Shown one piece after another: positions 38,046 to 46,969 of a stretch of 64,000 nt of DNA; position 1 is the first letter of the stretch; each line of letters begins with the position of its first letter. The stretch spans positions 32,798,001 to 32,862,000 of the forward strand of contig NC_073400.1 in the NCBI RefSeq assembly GCF_028641065.1, written 5' to 3'. This stretch comes from Leucoraja erinacea. Lineage: Eukaryota. A program made the position numbers and the translations under genes. The notes below the pieces were generated by a model that made no database searches, had not been told where the DNA came from, and worked only from the letters and a program-made list of their open reading frames with translations.

Positions 38046-39980
38046 CTACAAACCAGGAGTTTTAATTTTTTTATGGCATGGATGACTTATGCCGGATACT
38101 GGGTGAGTCAATAGCTGTGGATGACTGTTAAAGACCATAGGTGACTCTACCACCATGTCGTGAAAGACTGGGAACCATGGTTGGGTAGGCCAGTCGGGTA
38201 CGACCAAAATACCTGAAGCAGAGTCTGACTGTATTTTCTGGAGTACCCGGCTGATGAGGCAGAAGGGAGGGAAAGCATAGAAGAAGAAATTTCCCCAATC
38301 CAGCGTGAAGGCATCTACCGCTGCTGCCTCTGGGTCTGGTTCCCAAGCCACATACATGGGTAACTGGTGATTCAATCTAGACGCGAACAAATCTATATCT
38401 GGCGTTCCATATTGCTTAGTAATTTTTGCAAATATTTTTGGATGTAACATCCATTCGATGTTATCATTGAATTTTCGTGACCTGGTGTCTGCCACTGTGT
38501 TTAGCTTACCTGGTAGATAGGCAGCTGATAGCCAAATATGTCTCTCGACACACCATTGCCAGATTATATTAGCCAATTTGTCGCATGATACTGATTTTAT
38601 GCCACCCATGTGCTTGATGTAGGCCACCACCGTTGTGTTGTCAATCATTAACCTAACATGCACGTGCTGCATATTGGATGAATATGCTTTTAGCCCATAA
38701 AAGGCGGCCAGCATTTCCAAATAATTTATGCCTAGTGAGTGTAGTAGCGATGTCTCGAGATTAGTCCATCTGCCACCTGTGCTGGATATAGAGTTAGTAG
38801 CTCCCCAGCCTAAAGCACTGGCATCAGTCGTGATGACTATGTTAGGATTAGTGATGGCAATGGGACTGTAACTGTGCCAAATATTTTCTGACCACCACTG
38901 AAGTTCTGATATGGCCTCAGTGGGTAAATACATTGTTCGGTCATAATGCCCCCTATTTTGGTGTAATGAATGTGTCCTTGCTCTTTGTAAATTTTGGTAA
39001 TGCAAGGGTCCATATTGTGCAGCTGGAAATGCTGCTACAATACTCCCAATGACTCTGGCAACATGCCGGATCCTTGGTTGTGTATTTGCGATTAAATTGT
39101 TGCATGCTTGCGCTAATGCAACCTTTTTATCCCTTGGCAGAGTAACAGTCATGTGGGTAGAATCGATGGTGAAGCCTAGATAGTCCATATTAGTTGACGG
39201 CTTCAATTTCGATTTATCTGGATGTAGAACAAATCCCAACGTTTCAAGGAGTTGTTTAGTAGCTGAAACTGCTGTGACAGCTAGTTCCTTGGTTCTCCCC
39301 ATTATGAGAATATCGTCCAGATAAGCCATGACTAGGTATTTTTGTTCTCTCAATATTTTCATGGCTACTTTAAGAATTTTGGTAAATAATCTGGGGGCTG
39401 TTGTTAACCCATTGGGCAGTGCTCTATATTGCCATAGTTGCCCCATCCAGATAAATTTCAGGTATCTGAAATGATCCTTGTGAATGGGTACTAAATAGTA
39501 AGCATCTTTAATGTCTATGCTTGCCATGAAGTATCCCTTGGAGATCAGTTGTCTGGCAGTGACAAATGTCTCCATTTTGAAATGTTGATACTCAACAGAT
39601 TTATTTAGTGATGTTAGATCAATGATGATGCGACATCCACCATCTTTCTTGGTTTTAATGAATATATTTGATACAAATTCCAATGGCTCATGTCTGGTCC
39701 TTTCAATGACTCCTTTAGACATGAGCCTATCTAGTTCAGCCTGTCCTTTCTCCTTCTCTAGTTGAGTGGGAAGGAATACCCTTTGGGGTATATGCTGAAC
39801 CGGCGGTATTATGCCTGTTTTAAATTCAATTTTATATCCACTAATACTGTTGAGTATGTATTGGTTGTTAGTGATAGTACACCAAACATGTTTAAATAAT
39901 CGTAAACGCCCTCCTGTTAGTAAAACACCCTTGGTTATTGTATGTTGACAGGAACCAGACCCACCTACCTCCATGTTCAT
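38046..39980 (-). CDS. DIRS ORF2: reverse transcriptase, RNase H and methyltransferase-like domain
   Basis: GGRL, SIDIKDAY, LPNGL..APR.FTK, YLDD (RT); TDAS..GWG, INYLE, DN, N..AD (RNase H); DLFAS, FPPF, PDWPTQPWF (MT-like). 644 aa. Confidence 0.96.
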   Translation of the reverse strand: MNMEVGGSGSCQHTITKGVLLTGGRLRLFKHVWCTITNNQYILNSISGYKIEFKTGIIPPVQHIPQRVFLPTQLEKEKGQAELDRLMSKGVIERTRHEPLEFVSNIFIKTKKDGGCRIIIDLTSLNKSVEYQHFKMETFVTARQLISKGYFMASIDIKDAYYLVPIHKDHFRYLKFIWMGQLWQYRALPNGLTTAPRLFTKILKVAMKILREQKYLVMAYLDDILIMGRTKELAVTAVSATKQLLETLGFVLHPDKSKLKPSTNMDYLGFTIDSTHMTVTLPRDKKVALAQACNNLIANTQPRIRHVARVIGSIVAAFPAAQYGPLHYQNLQRARTHSLHQNRGHYDRTMYLPTEAISELQWWSENIWHSYSPIAITNPNIVITTDASALGWGATNSISSTGGRWTNLETSLLHSLGINYLEMLAAFYGLKAYSSNMQHVHVRLMIDNTTVVAYIKHMGGIKSVSCDKLANIIWQWCVERHIWLSAAYLPGKLNTVADTRSRKFNDNIEWMLHPKIFAKITKQYGTPDIDLFASRLNHQLPMYVAWEPDPEAAAVDAFTLDWGNFFFYAFPPFCLISRVLQKIQSDSASGILVVPDWPTQPWFPVFHDMVVESPMVFNSHPQLLTHPVSGISHPCHKKIKTPGL

Positions 39981-41206
39981 TTTTGGGAGCGTCTTCGTTG
40001 GTGGGTTTGGCTCGCGGGCGTTTTTGTTGGTGCTGTCACGGGGCGGCGTATCTTCCCACGGCTCCGCTCTGGGCCCCTCTCTAAAAAAGAGCTATGGGGG
40101 TAGTGAGGAGCGGTAGCCAGGCTTTCACCAGTCCGGTATCTGCTGGTGGATGCCGAGGGGTGCTGCCAACTGGGTGTCTTCGCCCTGCTCGGCGCTGGTC
40201 CTGCCCTCATGAGGCCTACTGGTTTGGCCGCCGCTTCAAGTTCTTTGAGCCTTTTTCCCAGGTCAGCCCCAAATAGCAGCGCCTCCTTCTCTTGCGCAGG
40301 AGCTTTGCAAAGCCCTGCATATTTGGGGTTGAGGGCAGGCCTGATGTTTTCCCGCCTTAAGTTGTTCATCTCAAAGTGGGTGTTACACATCAGAGCTAGG
40401 ACATCCTGTTGAGGTGTAGTGAGGTCCGTGTGCTCTGCGGACCGAGCAAAGGCGGTGATGGCAGCGGTATGGAGCTTCAGGATGCGCTGCATTTTCAGCT
40501 CTTGGCTCCTAATATGTTGGCCTAGCTGGCTCCATATCTGGCCATTGACGGTCTTAACGCGCAGCGCCTCACAGTTCTCGGGTGCCGTGTATGTCTCGAG
40601 AGCCTCCTGGATTACTTTTTCCTGGAGAGGCTTGTTGGATAGCCGGTTTATGCTGGCCGCCATTTTTGGGGTCAGCATTCTCCCGGCCTTCGGGGGCGCC
40701 GCATACCGGTTGACCACACCCAGCAGCTCTTCTTCCTCCTGCTCCCCTGGCATACTTGTGCAGTCGTCCGCCTGCCCCTGCGATAAGCCAGCCCAGTCCT
40801 GGCCTCCCTTGCTGACCTCAAATAAGGAGGGAGCAGAGGGGTAAGGTGACGGTTTGGAGGAGGCCTCAGCCCGTCCTCCCTGGAGATGCCTTGCCTGCAT
40901 CTCCTGCTCGAACATTTGTTCGAGGAGCTGCCTCATGCAGCTTAAGCGGCTGTCTCCCCGTTTAGCCGGTGGAGAATGTTCCCGTTCCTCCGACGAGTCA
41001 GAGACCACCGGCCGGTCCGTTTTACGGGTGGATTTCCTCCCTGTGCGAGGTGTTGAAGTCGGCAGCACAGGGAGCGGCTCGGGGTCGGGTGTACGGGAGC
41101 GCTGAAAATGCTCCTCTGCCGCCGGTGGCTGCCGCCCAGATGTTGACCCTTCCTCGGGGGGAGTTTGGCAGGCAGTCCGTTTGCTTTGTCGCTTGCGGGT
41201 AGCCAT
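39977..41206 (-). CDS. DIRS ORF1 (gag-like)
   Basis: Uninterrupted ORF from the first ATG (MATRKRQ...) with P.NCE.L, LRRE.I and LFG.DL segments. Its stop overlaps the pol ATG. Confidence 0.85.
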   Translation of the reverse strand: MATRKRQSKRTACQTPPEEGSTSGRQPPAAEEHFQRSRTPDPEPLPVLPTSTPRTGRKSTRKTDRPVVSDSSEEREHSPPAKRGDSRLSCMRQLLEQMFEQEMQARHLQGGRAEASSKPSPYPSAPSLFEVSKGGQDWAGLSQGQADDCTSMPGEQEEEELLGVVNRYAAPPKAGRMLTPKMAASINRLSNKPLQEKVIQEALETYTAPENCEALRVKTVNGQIWSQLGQHIRSQELKMQRILKLHTAAITAFARSAEHTDLTTPQQDVLALMCNTHFEMNNLRRENIRPALNPKYAGLCKAPAQEKEALLFGADLGKRLKELEAAAKPVGLMRAGPAPSRAKTPSWQHPSASTSRYRTGESLATAPHYPHSSFLERGPERSRGKIRRPVTAPTKTPASQTHQRRRSQK

Positions 41207-42353
41207 GCTAGCGACTCTGTAATACAAAAGACTCACTTACCTGAGGTCTTGTCTTTAACCTGCAGCTGGAGAGCCTGGCTCCAGCTGCCGCCGCTGTTGC
41301 ACTGCTGGCGTAATGCCGCGCCTGCGCACTGGGTGGGTTCTTCACGTAGTCACTCACGTGACTCCGAAGTAAAATCTATCTATAGTAGACACAAAATGCT
41401 GGAGTAACTCAGTAGGACTGGCAGCATCTCTGGAAAGAAGGCATGGGTGACATTTAGGGTCGAGACCCTTCTTCAGTCAGCGGAGTGGGTGGGACAGAGA
41501 TAGAATGTAGTCGGAGACAGTCAGACTGGTGGGAGAACTGGGAAGGGGGAGGGAATGGAGAGAGAGGGAAAGCAAGGGCTACTTGAAGTTAGAGAAGTCA
41601 ATGTTCATACCTCTGGGGTGTAAGCTGCCCAAGTGAAATATGAGGTGCTGTTCCTCCAATCTATCTATCTCTGGTTGGCACGGACTCGGTGGGGCCGAAG
41701 GCCTTGTTTCTATGCTGCGTTTAGGAAGAACTGCAGATGATGGAAAAATCGAAGGTAGACAAAAATGCTGGAGAAACTCAGCGGGTGAGGCAGCATCTAT
41801 GGAGGGAAGGTCTCGTCCCAAAACATAGAAAATAGGTGCAGGAGTAGGCCATTCGGCCCTTCGAGCCTGCATCACCATTCAATATGATCATGGCTGAACA
41901 TCCAACTCAGTATCCTGTACCTGCCTTCTCTCCATACCCCCTGACCCCTTTAGCCACAAGGGGCCACATCTAACTCCCTCTTAAATGTAGCCAATGAACT
42001 GGCCTCAACTACTTTCTGTGGCAGAGAATTTCAGAGATTCACTACTCTCTGTGTGAAAATGTTTTTCTCATCTCGGTCCTATTCCTTCACTCCATAGATG
42101 CTGCCTCACCCGCTGAGTTTCTCCAGCATTTTTGTCCACCTTCTGTTTCCATGCTGTATCATTCAACTCAACTAAACTGGCTCTGGGGCAGTCGGTAGGA
42201 GGCTGCCAACCAAGGAATTCACATGAGGGATTAAACACTCCGACGCACAGTTTCATATTACCCGAGCTTCCAGCAACATGCAGGTCTCCTGAATAACCCA
42301 GCGAGACTGCTTCTTCATGTATCATAAATGAAAAGGTTTTTTTTTTTTTGCAG

Positions 42354-42378
42354 GAGAACTTCTGGAAATGGTATAAAG
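42354..42378 (+). CDS. Gla protein copy A, exon 3 (25-nt aromatic stack exon)
   Basis: poly-T-gcag|ENFWKWYK-G|gtatgt. This is the 25-nt phase 0-1 FWxxY exon typical of coagulation-type Gla genes. Confidence 0.9.
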
Positions 42379-43300
42379 GTATGTGTGTTTATTGGTCGCA
42401 TTCAACACACAGGTTAGTTATTAATGATCCTCACAGTCTGAAGTGGACTCGTGCATTCATTAAGATAACAGGCTGTGAAACACGGGGCATCATATTAATG
42501 TGCTCGTTACTGATTGTCATCGTTTTGAGGCATCTGTCGGGAGCGGATGGGAAGGTGGGATAACATAGAATGGGCGATCGCCGGTCGGCGTGACATCGAT
42601 GGGCCGAAGGGCCTGTTTCTGTGCTGTATCTCTAAACTAAACCAAACTTAATTAAATCACAGAACGATACTATATCGATTCGGTGGGCCGAAGGGCCTGT
42701 TTCCATGCTGTACCCTTTCAATCAATCAGTCTTGCTATTGAGGGAGTGCAGCGTAGGTTCACCAGGTTAATTCCCGGGATGGCGGAGCTGACATATGATG
42801 AAAGAATGGATTGACTGGGCTTGTTTTCACTGGAATTTAGAAGGATGAGAGGCGATCTTTTAGAAACATACACAATTCTTAAAGTATTGGACAGGCTAGA
42901 TGCAGGAAAAATGTTCCCGATGTTGGGGGAGTCCAGAACCAGGGGTCACTGTTTAAGAATAAGGGGTCGGCCATTTAGGACTGAGACGAGGAAAAATGTT
43001 TTCACCCAGAGAGTTGTGAATCTGTGGAATTCTCTGCCCCAGAAGGCAGTGGAGGCCAATTCACTGGATGTTTTCAAGAGAGAGTTAGATTTAGCTCTTA
43101 GGGCTAACGGAATCAAGGGATATGGGGCGTAAGCAGGAACGGGGTACTGATTCTGGATGATCAGCCATAATCATATTGGATGGTGGTGCTGGCTCGAAGG
43201 GCTGAATGGCCTACTCCTGCACCTATTGTCTATGTTTCTAACCCTCCAACCCCTGCCTGTTCCAGTATCTGTCCCAATGCCACCTCTACTGTTCCTGCAG

Positions 43301-43429
43301 GTTCCCCACTGGTGGAAAATGTTCCAGATGAGCATGGTGCCCATGCCAAGCCAGCGCTAAACTCCACACTGTCGACAAACACCACAGAGGAAGGGGGCGG
43401 ACCGACCGTGTCCCCTCCGCCTGAGCGGG
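43301..43429 (+). CDS. Gla protein copy A, exon 4 (S/T/P-rich linker)
   Basis: cctgcag|SPLVENVPDEHGAHAKPALNSTLSTNTTEEGGGPTVSPPPER-G|gtgagt. 129 nt, phase 1-1, two N-glycosylation sequons, unique sequence among repeats. Confidence 0.75.
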
Positions 43430-44529
43430 GTGAGTCTCCCACACTGATTCACACAAACACACACAGAGTGCTGGAGTAACTCAGTAGGTCAGGCAGCATC
43501 TGTGGAGAACGTGGACAGGTGACTTATCAGGTTAGCATCCTCTTCAGAATGGGCCGTTTGAGTCTGAAGAAGGGTCCTGACCCTGAAATATCACTGTGAA
43601 ACGTCACCTATCCATGCTCTCCACAGATGCTGCCTGACCCGCTGAGTTACTCCAGCACTCTGTGAAACGTCACCTATCCAAGCTCTCCACAGATGCTGCC
43701 TGACCCGCTGAGTTACTCCAGCACTCTGTGAAACATCACCCATCCATGTTCTCCACAGATGCTGCCTGACCCGCTGAGTTATGGTGCAGCAGCATCTATG
43801 GAGCTAAGGAAAGAGGCAACGTTTCGGCACGAAACCCTTCTGGAAATAGGCAACGTTTCGGCCCGAAACGTTGCCTATTTCCTTAGCTCCATAGATGCTG
43901 CCTGACCCGCTGAGTTACTCCAGCACTCTGTGTAACGTCACCCATCCATGTTCCCCACAGATGCTGCCTGACCCGCTGAGTTACTCCAGCACTCTGTGAA
44001 ACGTCACCCATCCATGTTCTCCACAGATGCTGCCTGACCCGCTGAGTTACTCCAGCACTCTGTGAAACGTCACCTATCCATGTTCTCCACAGATGCTGCC
44101 TGACCCGCTGAGTTACTCCAGCACTAGTCATTGTTTGGTTTGATGTTTAGTATTATCTGATCGGATTGGATCGAATGCAAAACAAATATTCTCGCTGAAC
44201 CTTGGTCCACAATCACAATCATACTTTATTAGCCAAGTATGTTTTGCAACATACGAGGAATTTCATTTGCCGTACAGTCATACCAATAAAACGCAACAGA
44301 ACGCACAAAACACATCCACCACAGTGACTCCTCCACATTCCTCACTATGATGGTAGGTGAAAAAAAAACAACCTAACCAACAACAGTAAACGTGATTATG
44401 AATAAACTTAAACCTAGTTTGGAAAAAATGCAACAATTGTGTTAGTACAATAATGGTTTAACATTGCAAATTTGGTCTTTAATTGTTGCCTGTAAAGATT
44501 CTGACTTGCATCTTTCATCCCGCCACCAG

Positions 44530-44687
44530 CTTTCTCCTGCAGTAAACGTGATGTGAAGTTCATCCTCACGTTGGGAAAGCAAGTCCTTGAAATGCAAGAG
44601 CAAGACATTGAGTATCGCCGGAAACGAATTGAACATAAATCGAGACTGGTCAACACAATACAGAAATTCTTACACGATTCAGCCTGA
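44530..44687 (+). CDS. Gla protein copy A, exon 5 (C-terminal helical region and stop)
   Basis: Branch-like ctgac, pyrimidine tract, ccag|(A)FSCSKRDVKFILTLGKQVLEMQEQDIEYRRKRIEHKSRLVNTIQKFLHDSA*. Phase 1. The five exons sum to 546 nt (181 aa plus stop). Confidence 0.7.
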
Positions 44688-44694
44688 TCGCATT

Positions 44695-45226
44695 AGAAAC
44701 ATAGAAATTAGGTGCAGGAGTAGGCCATTCGGCCCTTCGAGCCTGCACCGCCATTCAATATGATCATGGCTGATCATCCAACTCAGTATCCCGTACCTGC
44801 CTTTTTCTCCATACCCTCTGATCCCCTTAGCCACAAGGGCCACATCTAACTCCCTCTTAAATATAGCCAATGAACTGGCCTCAACTACCCTCTGTGGCAG
44901 AGAGTTCCAGAGATTCACCACTCTCTGTGTGAAAAAAGTTCTCCTCATCTCGGTTTTTAAAGGATTTCCCCCTTATCCTTAAGCTGTGACCCCTTGTCCT
45001 GGACTTCCCCAACATCGAAACAATCTTCCTGCATCTAGCCTGTCCAACCCCTTATGAATTTTGTAAGTTTCTATAAGATCCCCCCTCAATCTCCTAAATC
45101 TCTAGAGAGTATAAACCAAGTCTATCCAGTCTTTCTTCATAAGACAGTCCTGACATCCCAGGAATCAGTCTGGTGAACCTTCTCTGCACTCCCTCTATGG
45201 CAATAATGTCCTTCCTCAGATTTTGT
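44695..45226 (-). mobile_element. CR1 3' fragment inserted 7 nt after the Gla copy A stop codon
   Basis: Copy B reads tgatcgcattgatcaaactg without it; ATT is repeated at both junctions. Confidence 0.88.
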
Positions 45227-46869
45227 ATTGATCAAACTGATTCCATATTTACACCACTATGTAATTAGAATGCAAACTACATCAACATATTCAGTTTGGA
45301 GTAAACTGAAACATTAAAATGTCACCTTTGCTATTAAAAGCTCAGCACTGTGTAACATTCCAGTCAATCAGTCACATTGGAATAATACTTGTCACACTTG
45401 GTGTACAGGACATAGTTTGTGTCACAGAAATTAAACGGCAATCATATATCATGAAATACAGACTTGTTTATTTTGTGATGTGAGGTGGTGGTTTGGGCAT
45501 TTCCCACTGTCCATCTCTCAGTGGCTTTGAGTGGTGGTGGTGGTCAAAGGTGTTTGGTGATGGTGATCCTTCAACCCCAGCTGTCCATCAACAGCTTGCG
45601 ATGCTCAAAGTCTGAAATAAAAATAGTTCTCCTTGCCAGGAGGTAGTGATCCATGTCAAATCAGATAGCCTGGCCATTACTGTCATCGCTGACCAACCAA
45701 CCACAGTATGGTCCTGACCTCCTATCCACCTCATCGGAGACCCTTGGAATATCTTCAATCAGACGTAAAAAGCCGGAGTAACTCAGCGGGCCAGGCAGTA
45801 TCTCTGGAGAGAAGGAATGGGTGATGTTTCGGGTCGAGACCCTTCTTCAGACCCAGTCTGAAGAAGTGTCTCAACGCAAATCATTCTGTCTGAAGAAGGG
45901 TCTCATCCCGAAACATCACCCATTCCTTCTCTCCAGAGATGTTGCCTGTATTTTTGTGTCGATCTTCAACTTAAACCAGCATCTGCAGTTCCTTCTTACA
46001 CACTTCAATCATACTTTACCTTGCACTAAACGTTATTCACTTTATCCTGTCTCTGAACACTGTGGACGGCTCGATTGGAATCACGAACAGTCTTTCTGCT
46101 GACTGGATAGCACGCAACAGGAAAGTCCTGGGATGTCAGGACTTTCATATGAAGAAAGACTGGATAGACTCGGCTTGTACTCGCTAGAATTTAGAAGATT
46201 GAGGGGGGATCGTATAGAAATTTACAACATTCTAAGGGGTTGGACAGGCTAGATGCAGGAAGATGCAGCATTTCGTTGTCTCTGTACTGTACACTGACAA
46301 TGACAATTAAAATTGAATCTGAATCTGAATCTGAATCTGAAGATTGTTCCTGATGTTGGGGAAGTCCAGAACAAGGGGTCACAGTTTAAGGATAAGGGGG
46401 AAATCTTTTAGGACTGAGATGAGAAAAACATTTTTCACACAGAGAGTAGTGAATCTCTGGAATTCTCTGCCACAGAATGTAGTCGAGGCCACAGATCATT
46501 GGCTATATTTAAGAGGGAGTTAGATGTGGCCCTTGTGGCTAAAGGGATCAGGGGGTATGGAGAGAAGGCAGGTACGGGATACTGAGTTGGATGATCAGCC
46601 ATGATCATATTGAATGGTGGTGCAGGCTCGAAGGGCCGAATGGCCTCTACTCCTGTACCTGTTGTGTATTGTCTGTCTGTCTGAGACACTGTGTCTGAAG
46701 AAGGGTCTCGACCTGAACCGCCCCTATCCCTTCTCTCCACAGACGCTGCCTGTCCCACTGAGTTACTCCAGCACTTTGTGCCTGTACCAGTTTAACCCAG
46801 CACCTGCAGTTCCTTCCTACACCTGGCGCAGAGATGATTTGTGCGGCCATTGGCCGGCCTGAGCCTCAG

Positions 46870-46946
46870 GGGGAGAGGCGCATGCGCCGGGCCCGTCCCT
46901 GCCCACAATGCCCCGCGCCCAGCGGCGGCTACAGGACACGGTGAGT
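46870..46946 (+). promoter_or_regulatory. C1orf74: Putative C1orf74 CpG promoter and non-coding first exon
   Basis: NRF1-type palindrome GCGCATGCGC (46878-46887), ZNF143-like CCCACAATGCCCCGCG (46902-46917), and an ACG|GTGAGT donor at 46941. The next coding exon downstream is C1orf74. Confidence 0.6.
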
Positions 46947-46969
46947 CGTAGCCCCGCCCCCCCCGGGTA

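Larger units (their letters stand above)
36569..41375 (-). mobile_element. Full-length DIRS1-like tyrosine-recombinase retrotransposon in intron 2 of Gla copy A
   Basis: gag, RT/RNaseH/MT and YR ORFs; inverted terminal repeats; internal complementary region. Absent from copy B (empty site about 58191-58193). AAT is present at both ends. Confidence 0.97.

Noticed and set aside
44543-44556. Alternative acceptor ctgcag at 44542 for the last Gla exon
   Set aside because: It gives only VNVM-stop. The upstream AG at 44529 is the first AG after the branch-like ctgac and opens a long frame kept in both copies. The short form is not strictly excluded.
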